IMG/VR virus record: IMGVR_UViG_2821123053_000004
Span: 4,819-68,818 of that record
Length of the DNA: 64,000 bases
Strand: one strand, 5' to 3'
Origin: a virus
Lineage: Duplodnaviria > Caudoviricetes
A program made the position numbers and the translations under genes. Below, piece after piece: positions 45,112 to 55,230 of the stretch (its first letter is position 1; each line of letters begins with the position of its first letter). Under the pieces are notes generated by a model. That model had not been told where the DNA came from and ran no database searches. It saw nothing but the letters and a program-made list of their open reading frames with translations.

Positions 45112-45990
45112 ATGAAGACTGCTCAAGATCTGATAGACGAGTTTAATGCAGGTTATGCCCTGGACATCTCAGCGAAGAAATATTTCCCGTCCGGGTTGCC
45201 CGGCGACAGGTACGCCAGCATCTTGCTCTCTGATCTTCCGGCAGCCAAGACGGCCAGTGAGCCCGGAGTTTATAACAAAGATAATCGTGATATCTCTGGC
45301 TGCAGAATATGGTTTCCGGCCGGATCTAAGGCCAAAGTCATCAAGTTCCGGTACGAAGTAATTATTGATTCTCCAAACTGGAATTTCTACTTCGTGAGCG
45401 TGCCGGCCGGCATGAGCTTCAAACTCAACGGTCCCGATCATTCCGTAATAAACTTCTCCTCCAAGCGAGTTGGCGCCAATATCCGTTGCTCCGGGGGGGT
45501 AGGCGCCCACTATCGCGGGTGCCGCGTTGTCATTGGTGAGAACACATTTGTCGCTGGTGCACGTATCGTGCTTCTTAATACTGATCTCTTGATCGGACGG
45601 AATTCTCTCTGGTCGGATGAAATCCTTGTTCAGGGATCAAATCAGCACGGCATAGTGGCGCTGCCTGAGAAAAAGCTGGTCGATTACCCCCGTAATAGGA
45701 TTGAACTGGAGCCGCACGTCTGGATTGGAAGGCGAGCAATTGTCAGCTCGGGGGCAAAGATCGGGACGGGGTCTATCGTCGGCACAGGCGCGCTGGTGGC
45801 TAAGCCTTACCCACCGACCTGCATAATCGGGGGCAACCCCGGCAGGATAATCAAGAGAAACCGGACGTGGGCGTTTAATCTCGATAAAATCGAAGATCGA
45901 GAACTTGAGATTATTGACAGCCTTCCTGTCTTCGAAGAGCCCAAAATCTCGTGGTGGGCGAGACTTACCAACCGTCTCACGCGGCATTGA
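45112..45990 (+). CDS. Hexapeptide-repeat (LbH) acyltransferase moron
   Basis: HVWIGRRAIV..IGTGSIVGTGALV..IGGNPGRIIK. Confidence 0.88.
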   Translation: MKTAQDLIDEFNAGYALDISAKKYFPSGLPGDRYASILLSDLPAAKTASEPGVYNKDNRDISGCRIWFPAGSKAKVIKFRYEVIIDSPNWNFYFVSVPAGMSFKLNGPDHSVINFSSKRVGANIRCSGGVGAHYRGCRVVIGENTFVAGARIVLLNTDLLIGRNSLWSDEILVQGSNQHGIVALPEKKLVDYPRNRIELEPHVWIGRRAIVSSGAKIGTGSIVGTGALVAKPYPPTCIIGGNPGRIIKRNRTWAFNLDKIEDRELEIIDSLPVFEEPKISWWARLTNRLTRH

Positions 45991-45996
45991 ACAGCA

Positions 45997-46383
45997 TCAC
46001 TGCTCCTCAGTAATATCCTGGAGGCGTTTAAGCGCGACAATACACAGTGCGGTCGGCGCATTGAATGCTTCTATTTTCTCCCCGCCCAAAAGTTGGGCTG
46101 TGCCGTCAAATGTTACTGCGCCGACACACTGAGGGTCTATTTGGCAAGCGAGTTCGTAAGACGCCTGCAGATCGGACGTGTATTCCGCTGGCTCTCTTAG
46201 GCTCACGCCGTCTGGCGCAGTCCAAGTAATGTAGCGCTCTCGCTCACCAGTCTCGGTATTTGTGCGGATCTCCACGTTTTTCAGCCACCCCATCAATTGA
46301 CCTATCGACGTGTCGATCGTGCGCGCTGGCCTTCTTGTTCTATAAAGCCGGTCAATCACCGACTGAATCGTAATCTCGTTCAT
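45997..46383 (-). CDS. Hypothetical protein
   Basis: 128 aa; PAEYTSDLQASYEL motif. Confidence 0.65.
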   Translation of the reverse strand: MNEITIQSVIDRLYRTRRPARTIDTSIGQLMGWLKNVEIRTNTETGERERYITWTAPDGVSLREPAEYTSDLQASYELACQIDPQCVGAVTFDGTAQLLGGEKIEAFNAPTALCIVALKRLQDITEEQ

Positions 46384-46669
46384 CTTCTTTTCGTATCTGT
46401 CGCAGCCTCGCTCCGGCAGGCCTTGGCTTGGTCAAAGCGATTTAGCATTCCTAAAAAAGGGCCGGCGCACGCCAATGAGCCGACCCTTCGCATGGTAGCG
46501 CTGTCCAGGCGCTGGATGTGCCCGCATCGCTTCAGTCGATGCGGCAAGCCGTTTCATATCCGCGTAAAGCGAAAACTTGGGAGAGACGAGCCTCAACCGC
46601 ACGTCTTTGAGATATTGCTGGTCCATCTGCTTGGCAAGATCTTCGCCCACCACCAAATCGGAGTTCCCA

Positions 46670-46903
46670 ATGCTCCTCCCAGACTGGCGCCGCCTCGTAA
46701 GGCGCGCCTGGTCGCTGCGGCTTATCGAAATCGCGGCCGCAGCTGACCTCATCCTAAACGTCGTTCCCTTCGTCTCTGACTGGCTTCCGTGGTGGCTCAC
46801 CATCGTGCTGTTGGCCGGCGCATGGGGTGCGCGTCTCATTGCCCAACCTGAAAAGGAAAAGGCGAATGCCAATCAACAAGATCCTGCCGTCAAGGCGGGC
46901 TAA
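46670..46903 (+). CDS. Putative holin
   Basis: MLLPDWRRLVRRAWSLRL; two hydrophobic segments; precedes endolysin. Confidence 0.7.
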   Translation: MLLPDWRRLVRRAWSLRLIEIAAAADLILNVVPFVSDWLPWWLTIVLLAGAWGARLIAQPEKEKANANQQDPAVKAG

Positions 46904-47441
46904 GAGCGTGATTGCCGCGGTGATGGCTGCTGTCATCGCCGGAAGCGCTGCGATGCTGCCTGGCGGAACGCCTGCGCCCGTAACGCTCGCGGTGGATCAC
47001 CTGATCAAGCCGTGGGAAGGCCTGCACACCCGGGCCTACCTCGACATCGTCAAGGTGCCGACGATCTGCTACGGCGAGACCAAGGGCGTGAAGCTGGGCA
47101 TGACGAAGACCGTCGCCCAGTGCGAGACCATGCTCATCGAGCGCGTCACAGCCGACTATTACACGCCGCTGACCAAATGCATCGCCGGCTTCACCAAGAT
47201 GCCGGTGAGCGTGCAGGCGTCAATGATCTCCGGCGCCTACAACTTCGGCGTTGGCGGTATGTGCGGCTCGAGCGCGGCCCGTTTTGCCAAGGCGGGCCTG
47301 TATCGACAGGCTTGCGAAGCACAGACGGCATGGAACAAGGCCGGCGGTCGCGTGGTCAACGGTCTGGTGAAGCGCCGAGAAATGGGCGACGCCCAGCGGA
47401 TCGGCGAGGCCGAGCTTTGTGTATCGGGGTTGCCGAAATGA
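46866..47441 (+). CDS. Endolysin, GH24 lysozyme with N-terminal SAR-like segment
   Basis: WEG..AYLDIVKVPTICYGET; AYNFG; GLVKRR. Confidence 0.92.
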   Translation: MPINKILPSRRAKSVIAAVMAAVIAGSAAMLPGGTPAPVTLAVDHLIKPWEGLHTRAYLDIVKVPTICYGETKGVKLGMTKTVAQCETMLIERVTADYYTPLTKCIAGFTKMPVSVQASMISGAYNFGVGGMCGSSAARFAKAGLYRQACEAQTAWNKAGGRVVNGLVKRREMGDAQRIGEAELCVSGLPK

Positions 47442-47821
47442 TCGCGCTCCTCGCAAACAAGACAGCCGCCAAAGCCCTTGCGGCATTGATCCTCGTTCTA
47501 TCGCTCATGGCCGGAGCGTGGTGGATCCACGGCCGCATCTACGACGACGGATATCAGGCAGCCGTCATCGTGAAGAACGCCGAAATCGCGACCATTCTTC
47601 AAGAAAATGCCCAAGCCGACGCCGACGAGCAGCGCCGGCAGACCATCGCCAACAACGCGGCGAAGAAGCGCGAGGCAGAAGCCATCGCCCAGCTTGAGGC
47701 TCAAGAGGCCGAAAACCTAGAACTGAGAAGGAAGCTGGCCAGTGAAGCTCGGCAAGATCCTCGCGCTAATGAGCCTAGCCTTAGCGCTGACAGCGTGCGG
47801 CGTATCAACGAAGTCCGTTAA
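47438..47821 (+). CDS. Rz-like inner spanin
   Basis: N-terminal TM plus coiled coil. Confidence 0.8.
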   Translation: MIALLANKTAAKALAALILVLSLMAGAWWIHGRIYDDGYQAAVIVKNAEIATILQENAQADADEQRRQTIANNAAKKREAEAIAQLEAQEAENLELRRKLASEARQDPRANEPSLSADSVRRINEVR

Positions 47822-48041
47822 CGTCGCCCCCGTAAAGCCACCGCAGATCGCGCGGCCGGACAGCAAGCTGCTGAATACCTGCGATAGGCCGGTCCTCTTG
47901 CCCTATGGTCCAATGACGCAGGCGCAGGTCGAAGAGCTATGGATCGCCGATCGTTCTGCGTTGCTGGCGTGCTATCGCCGGCATCTGGCGCTCAGGAACT
48001 ACATCGTCGAACGCGACGATGCGCTGCGAGGCGTCCTATGA
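47742..48041 (+). CDS. Rz1-like outer spanin lipoprotein
   Basis: Lipobox LTAC; Pro-rich; overlaps Rz-like gene. Confidence 0.75.
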   Translation: MKLGKILALMSLALALTACGVSTKSVNVAPVKPPQIARPDSKLLNTCDRPVLLPYGPMTQAQVEELWIADRSALLACYRRHLALRNYIVERDDALRGVL

Positions 48042-48385
48042 GCGGCCCCGAAATCATGGCCGTGGTCGGCTTCTTCGTGATGCTGTCCGCCACGCTCTGG
48101 GGCATCTGGTGGCGTATCGAAGGCAAGGTAAAGGAAGCCAAGGACGGCGCAATGGCGTCCGCATCCGCGGCACAAGCTCTGGCCGCACTCGCACGCGATG
48201 AGCTGGCCAATCACAAGCTGCACGTCGCCGAGACCTACATCACCAAGGCCGGCATGCGCGAGACCACAGAGCAGATCATGGAAGCCATCGGCGGCGTGAA
48301 GAGCGCTGTTGACGCCATGACGCTCCGCATCGATCGCGTCGTCGAAGGACAGCCGAAGCCAAGAGCGTCCAGGAGTAATTCATGA
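48038..48385 (+). CDS. Membrane-anchored coiled-coil protein
   Basis: N-terminal TM; ATGA coupling. Confidence 0.7.
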   Translation: MSGPEIMAVVGFFVMLSATLWGIWWRIEGKVKEAKDGAMASASAAQALAALARDELANHKLHVAETYITKAGMRETTEQIMEAIGGVKSAVDAMTLRIDRVVEGQPKPRASRSNS

Positions 48386-50202
48386 CCAGAAATGGCAACG
48401 CAAGCGCGGCTCGCGCCGCGCGCATGCTGGCGACCGCGTCTTACATAGGCGCGGGCGTCATCCCAGGACAGGGCGGTGGCCCGAAGTGGCCCAGCCTCTA
48501 CCTAGGCCCGGTAGCTAATCGTATCATGTATGCGAACGAGGGCCTCGGCACCACAGCCAAGCAGATCATGGCGCAGACCCACCATGTAGCCATGGATACC
48601 TCGGCAAACTATCTACGGGTACGCTATCCGAACTACTTCCCTCAGACAGGCGGCGGTGGAGGCGAAGTGAATTGCGGTGGGGCTGCGACGGGTCGATGCA
48701 GCATCTACTTTTACAATCCGACGACATCTATGATGACAATGGTTCGGATGCTGCAGTTTTCGGACGGAAATCAGACCGCCACAGCTCCAGACGGCGGCGT
48801 ATTCGATTTTCTCGCGCCCGTGTCTATTCCGCAGGGCTCTCACTTCTGGCTTCGCTTCTGGGGCGATCGCAGTGCCGGTCAATGGGCCTATGCGCATGGT
48901 CAAGCAGACTATGCGAATGGCGACATTCTCCGGTATGGCGCGACGACGCCTGACCTGACTGGCACCACCACCGCATTCACTGACACCTACAACGGCGCCC
49001 TCGATCGTTTCGGCCCATGCAACATCCTTGGTTACACACTTCGCCCGACGCTCGCCGATTGGGGCGATAGCATCGGCGCCGGCCTTAAAGCCGCGCCGTC
49101 TGGTCTGTTTGGCAACAACGGAACCGGCCAGAAGCTTTTTGCGGAGCGCATGGCATCTGTAAATCTCTCGGTTCCTGGTGAGCTTTCTGCCTCCCTGGCT
49201 GATCGCAGCAAGACGGCAAAAAGGAGGATTGAGGCGGCTTCCTGTAGTCACGCCTTGATCGAAATCGGGTCCAACAGCGCCATTGCTTCGAACATCGATG
49301 CCGCTACCGTGATGGCTGATGTGCAGCAGCTCCGCGCTGACTTGGGAATGCCTGCCATTATCGCGACCATTCCACCTTGGACGGACCAAGGCGGCGGTGG
49401 CAACACGCTCTCGAACAAGCGAGCGGCTGATGCGAATGCTGTGAACTTCAATGCTCTGGCACGTGCCGTGCCGGCAGGATTTGCCGGTGTGTTCGACCGC
49501 GCGGCAGCGCTTGAAGATGCGAGCCGCCTATGGGGTAGTGTCGCGTATCAGAGCGATTGGGTTCACCCTTCAACGGCAGGCGAAGAACGAGTCAGGTCAT
49601 TTCTTGCCGGGTTCGATTTTTCGAAAGTGGGCAATCCAGCCCCCGTTTATGCCGGCTTCGAGTTGCCCACAGCGACGGTCTATCGAAGTAAGGATCTTGC
49701 AGGGTGGACCCTGACTGCCGGTGCGGCGCGGCTCGCCCAGGATGCGTACTCTCCTGAACATAAGCTCAACGCAGCGGTGATACGAGAGCTTGCGGCAGAC
49801 AATAACCACAGCATCGTTCTTACATCCTCAATCACTGGCCTCGCCAGCACGACCAAGGAATATTCGGTTAGCATCGCGCGAGGCGTCGGCAACCGTCACG
49901 CAGTCGTCGAGATAGGTAAAAACGGCGGCAACTACTACGCGATGAAGTACGCCGTCAATCTTTCCACTGGAGCCATAACGGCGGCGCCAAACGAAGGAAC
50001 TGTTCAGGTTACGCAAATCGCTGTAGCGACGCTTGATCCTGACGGCTTTTGGCGCGTCGTGATCCGCATTACCTATGACGCGACTATGCCGAACAATCCC
50101 TACTTGTTTGTCCGTATGGTCGATAGTCCCACCGAGGTGAACCCGAATTATGTCGGCGATAACACATCGACCCTCAAGATCTGGGGCTTTGACGTGAAGT
50201 AA
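48382..50202 (+). CDS. Second SGNH hydrolase-domain protein (virion-associated?)
   Basis: WGDSIG, PG, EIGSN, DWVHP; flanking beta-rich domains. Confidence 0.8.
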   Translation: MTRNGNASAARAARMLATASYIGAGVIPGQGGGPKWPSLYLGPVANRIMYANEGLGTTAKQIMAQTHHVAMDTSANYLRVRYPNYFPQTGGGGGEVNCGGAATGRCSIYFYNPTTSMMTMVRMLQFSDGNQTATAPDGGVFDFLAPVSIPQGSHFWLRFWGDRSAGQWAYAHGQADYANGDILRYGATTPDLTGTTTAFTDTYNGALDRFGPCNILGYTLRPTLADWGDSIGAGLKAAPSGLFGNNGTGQKLFAERMASVNLSVPGELSASLADRSKTAKRRIEAASCSHALIEIGSNSAIASNIDAATVMADVQQLRADLGMPAIIATIPPWTDQGGGGNTLSNKRAADANAVNFNALARAVPAGFAGVFDRAAALEDASRLWGSVAYQSDWVHPSTAGEERVRSFLAGFDFSKVGNPAPVYAGFELPTATVYRSKDLAGWTLTAGAARLAQDAYSPEHKLNAAVIRELAADNNHSIVLTSSITGLASTTKEYSVSIARGVGNRHAVVEIGKNGGNYYAMKYAVNLSTGAITAAPNEGTVQVTQIAVATLDPDGFWRVVIRITYDATMPNNPYLFVRMVDSPTEVNPNYVGDNTSTLKIWGFDVK

Positions 50203-50265
50203 CCCACCGCCCTGGCATCATTCGGTTGCGATCGTGGCGTGGGGATCACAGAAAACCGTCAGCTT

Positions 50266-50361
50266 TCATATCAACCACATCACAGCCAGGGTCACGAGGG
50301 TCGCCAATCCTGCGAACAGCACAAGGCTGAAAAGTAGTTCTCTCCTGGAAGATTGCTTCAT
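50266..50361 (-). CDS. 31-aa single-TM peptide
   Basis: Read manually; SD AAGGA. Confidence 0.45.
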   Translation of the reverse strand: MKQSSRRELLFSLVLFAGLATLVTLAVMWLI

Positions 50362-50558
50362 TCCTTGAGCCTCTTGCTCATTAAGTCGCAGCGAAAGATA
50401 GAGATCGACGCCCTGACATCAAAAAGCCCCGCTACAACTTCGTGGAAGTAGCGGGGCCGAGGAAAACCTTGAGATGGACAAAACAAGGTGACCGGCTGTG
50501 AAACTGGTAAGGCTGCGAATAGTTCCGCAGCGCTTCCGGCGGCCTCGCCAACACCTAC

Positions 50559-50735
50559 TCAGTGCAACGGTACGACGTTGTCGGGCACGTGACCGGAGTG
50601 CTGTTTCTTTAATGCTCGAGCGTAATCTCGAGCGAAGCGCTCATTGATAAACCGCATCTCGCGGACTTCGCCGTCCTCCTCAACGCGCACATAGTGCCAC
50701 TCGTCCCGACGTATGACTTCGATATCAGCGATCAT
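50559..50735 (-). CDS. Small hypothetical protein (58 aa)
   Basis: Read manually; strong SD CAGGAGG. Confidence 0.55.
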   Translation of the reverse strand: MIADIEVIRRDEWHYVRVEEDGEVREMRFINERFARDYARALKKQHSGHVPDNVVPLH

Positions 50736-50869
50736 CAACTTTTCCTCCTGCTCTCAAGGTAGGAAGCGCTCGGATCACGTCAACTTAAAAGAAGGGTCCG
50801 CTCACACGGAGCGCGCTCAGTGGTTGTAGGTCAGAAGCGAACTTTCTCGACAGATAGATGTTGGGGAAT

Positions 50870-50962
50870 ATGACGCGTCGGTTTCGCAACTATCTGGTGG
50901 TGCTCCTGATCTCACTAACCATGTGGGCAGTCCTGGGTGGTGCCTTAATCTGGCTTCTTTGA
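50870..50962 (+). CDS. 30-aa single-TM peptide
   Basis: Read manually; SD GGGGA. Confidence 0.45.
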   Translation: MTRRFRNYLVVLLISLTMWAVLGGALIWLL

Positions 50963-50972
50963 ATGCTCGCGG

Positions 50973-51263
50973 CTAACTCTCGACCTGCATACCGGCTTCC
51001 CAAGCAGCTTGAATGAAGGCCGTGCGTGCTACTTCTGTTTCCCCTTGCTCGTTAAGGCAGTCGAGGCACGCTTTCACAGCTTCATAGAATTTTTCACCAT
51101 CATCGTCCGGCCATTCCGTCAGGAGTTCCCTTGCCGCGTCTTCGACGGTACTGACAATGATGTCTCTTCTGCTGCCAATTGATGCCAGTCTCACGGGCTC
51201 GAAGGTATGCAATGTGTCTCGTTCCAGAACAAAATACCTCTTAAGCCACTCTCTGACATTCAC
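50973..51263 (-). CDS. DUF982-like protein
   Basis: VSTVEDAARELLTEWP..AVKACLD..ARTAFIQAAWEAG. Confidence 0.75.
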   Translation of the reverse strand: MNVREWLKRYFVLERDTLHTFEPVRLASIGSRRDIIVSTVEDAARELLTEWPDDDGEKFYEAVKACLDCLNEQGETEVARTAFIQAAWEAGMQVES

Positions 51264-51545
51264 TCAGCAATAACCATGCCACCGCCGTGACTTCCTCTGT
51301 GCGCTTGGCGTGACGTGAATGTTCCCCGCAGATTGGTACGGTGTTTGACAATCTCTGCGGAGGCAGCCTCGAATAGAGCGTAGGCTCGTTGCCGGGGGAG
51401 AGACGACGAGCCCGCAGGCCTCACAAGACAAGGCCCTTCCACCATTTGCGGGAGGTTACTCAGAATAGTTTCATGACGGCCGAGCCCATGCCCTGACATC
51501 AAAAGCTGGAGCCGCCTGGACTAAGCTAGACGGCTCCTGATTTAT

Positions 51546-51878
51546 TCAGTTTTTTGCGAGAGATGCTGACGTGCTGCCCTTGTTGTCGGTATATTTATAT
51601 GAAGCACCTTTGCCGCTTGCAGTAATCGAGACACGACCGAGACCGTTCGGGCCAACGTTCATACTGATTGTTTTACCAGATACTTTGGCGCCGCTCACGC
51701 GGACGGGTGAGCCAGCGAACGTATAGCTAGGATTACCGCTCTTCGGGACAACGATGAGGATAGCATTACCCTTAGCTGTCTTACCGGTGTATGTACCCGC
51801 TAGTTCACCGAATTCAGCTGCAAAGGATGCAGATCCGGAAGCGATGAAGAGCGCCAAAGCCAGAAAAAACTTATGCAT
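51546..51878 (-). CDS. Exported beta-rich protein (moron)
   Basis: Signal peptide ASFA; AT-richer; own terminator. Confidence 0.75.
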   Translation of the reverse strand: MHKFFLALALFIASGSASFAAEFGELAGTYTGKTAKGNAILIVVPKSGNPSYTFAGSPVRVSGAKVSGKTISMNVGPNGLGRVSITASGKGASYKYTDNKGSTSASLAKN

Positions 51879-52150
51879 GAATAAACCCCTTTTTGTTGAG
51901 AATTTGCGGATTTATACTTGCCTCGATCAGGAATTTACGTCAACGGCGGGGGATAATATTTGTAACCCGGTAACTGGACAGCTCCAGCCCCATGATCGGC
52001 TGATGGGTATTGCCCGAGCAGCACTCGGTGGCGCCTAGTGGGGGCTTTTTGTTGCCACCTGCCAAATGAGGCTAGCGCGCGCGAGAGGGGCGCCGACCTT
52101 TCCCGCAGCGTGGTATGCCCTGTGGCGCCTGTGGTGGTTCGTCTCACGAA

Positions 52151-52441
52151 CTAATGCTTCGTCTCGCCTCTGCCCATCTCGTATTCGAAATCAGCAATCA
52201 GCGTGATTGCTTCGAAGACAAGCTTTGCCGCAGCCTCACAGTCGGCAGAAAGGAGAGCGTGGTCTCGCTCAATTTGTGTGCCGAGTTCCTCCAACCGAAA
52301 ATGATGGTTCGTTGAGAGAGTTCGAGAAACTAGGGCCGTATACGCTAGGCTTTTTGCGAGCTCGACCAGCACGCGATCTCGCTGATGAGCCGTCATCTGC
52401 GAAAACGCTAATGGCTCGGTTTGATTGAGGTCCATACGCAA
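52151..52441 (-). CDS. Hypothetical protein
   Basis: 96 aa ORF. Confidence 0.6.
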   Translation of the reverse strand: MRMDLNQTEPLAFSQMTAHQRDRVLVELAKSLAYTALVSRTLSTNHHFRLEELGTQIERDHALLSADCEAAAKLVFEAITLIADFEYEMGRGETKH

Positions 52442-52499
52442 TACTCCGTTTTGCGACTCAATCGTTACTCAAGTGATTCGTTCCCGAGGATTTAACGGT

Positions 52500-52694
52500 C
52501 TACCGAAACCATCGCTCAGCCGCTTTGAGGAGTTCTTGTTCAGTGGTTAATCCGTCCTGAAACAACCGCACCAGCAGCATAGCGAGCTCATCCGGGTGGG
52601 TATCGTGTTCCGGAATCACTTGGGCGAAGACGCGTTCAAGCAACGCCAGATCCTCAGGTCGAAGAACTACATTCGATGGGATGCGACCGCGCAT
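52500..52694 (-). CDS. Hypothetical protein
   Basis: 64 aa; LRPEDLALLERVF..LFQDG motif. Confidence 0.65.
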   Translation of the reverse strand: MRGRIPSNVVLRPEDLALLERVFAQVIPEHDTHPDELAMLLVRLFQDGLTTEQELLKAAERWFR

Positions 52695-52781
52695 TGCAAT
52701 TTCCTTGCAGCAGTACCTATCCTGCCACCCTACGCAGTCAAAGTTCCCAATGTTTTAATGTTTGCGTGGTGCACTCGCTCG

Positions 52782-53825
52782 ATGACCAAGCGCCCAAGAA
52801 AGCCCCTGCTGGCCGATGATCATGCGCCGCTGAAAAGCCGACCGATCGCAAAGCGTGATCCTGACCAGCCGAAACTTCCCTTCGATCCGATGCCGGCGCG
52901 GATCGAGCCGTGCCTTGCCCTCCTCAAAAGTAAGCCGCCGCACGGCGACGACTGGACATACGAAGTCAAATGGGACGGATACCGCCTGGCCGTCCACATT
53001 GAATCGTCGCGCATTCTCCTTCTCACCCGTGGCGGGCATGACTGGACGCACCGCTTCCCAGCAATTGCCGAGGCGGCGAGGGGCTTGGGACCAACCACGA
53101 TGATCCTCGACGGCGAGGCGGTGGTTCTCGACGATCAAGGACGTTCTGATTTCGGCCTACTGCAGCGCTCGCTCGGCGCCAGCGGCAAAGCGGCGGGGCG
53201 GGAGGCATCTCACGATGCCATCTTCTACGCCTTCGATCTGCTGTACCTCGACGGGCACGACCTGACTGGCACCGAGTATCGCGTTCGCCGGCATCTCCTT
53301 AACGATGCCTTGCCTCTTAACGAAGGCAAGATCAGAATATCGGAGGAAATTGATGCTGATCCTGATGTGCTGCTGGCGAATGCTTGTCAGCTCGGATTGG
53401 AAGGTATCATCGCCAAGCATGCTGATCGGCCGTACCGATCAGGCCGTACCGGCGACTGGCTCAAGATCAAGTGCGTGCAGAGCGACAGCTTTGTCGTCGT
53501 CGGCTACGAGCCTTCATCTGCCGTGCGCGGAGGGATTGCTAGCCTGCTACTTGCAGCCTATCGGGGCGACGTGCTTACCTATGTCGGTAGTGTCGGGACC
53601 GGATTCAAGCACGACGAGGCGCGCCACCTACGGACGACCCTCGATAAGCTCAAGGTGAAGAAGTCCGTCGTCGATGTGAAAGGGAAGGATGTCGTCCACA
53701 CGAACCCGACGCTCATTGCCGAGATCGAATATCGGGCCTGGACGCTGGATCAGAAGCTCCGCCACCCGTCCTACAAGGGGCTTCGGGATCGGCAGGACAA
53801 TGCGGATATCTACCGGCTGGATTGA
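52782..53825 (+). CDS. ATP-dependent DNA ligase (LigD ligase-domain type)
   Basis: YEVKWDGYR, LDGE, AFDLLY, EGIIAK, WLKIK, LRHPSY. Confidence 0.93.
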   Translation: MTKRPRKPLLADDHAPLKSRPIAKRDPDQPKLPFDPMPARIEPCLALLKSKPPHGDDWTYEVKWDGYRLAVHIESSRILLLTRGGHDWTHRFPAIAEAARGLGPTTMILDGEAVVLDDQGRSDFGLLQRSLGASGKAAGREASHDAIFYAFDLLYLDGHDLTGTEYRVRRHLLNDALPLNEGKIRISEEIDADPDVLLANACQLGLEGIIAKHADRPYRSGRTGDWLKIKCVQSDSFVVVGYEPSSAVRGGIASLLLAAYRGDVLTYVGSVGTGFKHDEARHLRTTLDKLKVKKSVVDVKGKDVVHTNPTLIAEIEYRAWTLDQKLRHPSYKGLRDRQDNADIYRLD

Positions 53826-54115
53826 CGGTCGACGACTGTAAGTCCGTTCCGCCTCCGCATCTCGTCATACCAGTCTTCGACAGCCTTGGCGGCCTGCCAG
53901 TGTTCCTTCTCCCATCCCTGATGTGGCATGAGACGCGTCTTGAATCCGTCATGCTGTGCCGCGCCGCCTGACCACATGAACCAATTCCGCTTGGTGTGCG
54001 TCGTCTTATCGCGCTCGATCCGACCGATGTAGATCGGGCCGTCGTATGCGGACCAGTCCTCCAGGCCTTCGCCGGGCCAAGTCACGCGCCACTGGTAGAC
54101 CTTCTGCCAGGACAT
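53810..54115 (-). CDS. Hypothetical protein
   Basis: 101 aa; Trp-rich; coupled to upstream gene. Confidence 0.7.
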   Translation of the reverse strand: MSWQKVYQWRVTWPGEGLEDWSAYDGPIYIGRIERDKTTHTKRNWFMWSGGAAQHDGFKTRLMPHQGWEKEHWQAAKAVEDWYDEMRRRNGLTVVDRQSSR

Positions 54116-54116
54116 C

Positions 54117-54335
54117 TCACTTCAGCACATCCGCGATCTCGGCAGCTGCTAACCGTGCCTCACCGTGCCGAGGAAGGCCGCGATAGACGCGCGGCTGATG
54201 CTCGGCACAATACCAAAGCGTGATGGCTCTGCTTTCCTCGAAGCCGTAGCAGCCCCACTTCTTGCAGCCGTCGTGGTCGCAGTAGTGCTCAACGATTACG
54301 GAGTCGGTGCGGGTGATTCTGGTTTCGTCGCTCAT
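54117..54335 (-). CDS. Small Cys/His protein
   Basis: HYCDHDGC..WYCAEH; ATGA overlap with SRAP stop. Confidence 0.7.
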   Translation of the reverse strand: MSDETRITRTDSVIVEHYCDHDGCKKWGCYGFEESRAITLWYCAEHQPRVYRGLPRHGEARLAAAEIADVLK

Positions 54336-54988
54336 AAAAGACTGCCCTGCTGCTCCTCGATAGGCAGGAGGATGAGCCCGTTGTCGGGCAGGGGCCGTTG
54401 CAGACTGCTCGCCTCCTCCCAAGGCGCCTTCATCCAGACCTCGACTTCTTCCTCAGTAGTTAAAATGACTGGCATGGCTTTCGGATGGATCGGCTTCACC
54501 ACGGCGTTTGGGTCGCACGTGAGGAAGCCAAATAACTGGTGCTCACCCTCGCGCGGCGTCTTCATCGATCCGCGCGTGCCATTCCACCCCGTCCAGATGC
54601 CAGCGAAAAAGGCAAGCGGGCGGTCCTCATTGATCGCGAACCAGCGCTTGGTCTTCTTTGGCTTAGTGTCCTCGTATTCGCAGAATGTCGTCCACGGCAC
54701 GATGCACCGGTTCTGTGGACCGAGCCAGCGGCGCCAGTGCGGCGAGGCGACATTGCGGATATTCGTCACTCCCGTATCAGGCTTGCCCTGAAGTATGCTC
54801 GGCGGCGTCGGCATGCCCCAGGTCAGGCGCGTCATTTCGCGCCCGTCTTCGGAGTTGCGAACCACTGGTGCTGGGCGATCGGGGAAAATGTCGAGCGTCG
54901 GCTCAAGATTGCCGAGGTTGTCGCGGAGCGACTTGGTCAGCGCGCGTATAGCTTCCTGGTTCGTCGTAACGTTGTAAAGATTACACAC
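54332..54988 (-). CDS. SOS response-associated peptidase (SRAP/HMCES/YedK)
   Basis: N-terminal MC, FCEY, IHPKAMPVIL. Confidence 0.93.
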   Translation of the reverse strand: MCNLYNVTTNQEAIRALTKSLRDNLGNLEPTLDIFPDRPAPVVRNSEDGREMTRLTWGMPTPPSILQGKPDTGVTNIRNVASPHWRRWLGPQNRCIVPWTTFCEYEDTKPKKTKRWFAINEDRPLAFFAGIWTGWNGTRGSMKTPREGEHQLFGFLTCDPNAVVKPIHPKAMPVILTTEEEVEVWMKAPWEEASSLQRPLPDNGLILLPIEEQQGSLL

Positions 54989-55230
54989 GATTGCCTCATC
55001 AGATGTCTGGAACGTTTACCTAGACTGATCTAGAGCAGGGAACTCGCTTCACATTGGCCAGTTCCGTGACGCTCGCAGCCGATCGACAGCACGCGGCTTA
55101 ACTGGACGAACTTCATCTTCGCCCCGAACTTTTTTACGTGCGCCTAGCGATCGAGGGGTACGTGCTTGTTGCATCGATCGCAAGAAATCTCGATGGACCC
55201 GCTTCGAAAAATCGCGGAGCATGACCGGCG

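Noticed and set aside
39376-50202. Diversity-generating retroelement or invertible tail-fibre cassette
   Set aside because: No reverse transcriptase, invertase, TR/VR pair or inverted repeats were seen; the two SGNH genes are not near-identical
52741-52781. Possible LexA box upstream of the ligase gene
   Set aside because: Only one GTTC half-site; the N7-spaced second half does not match
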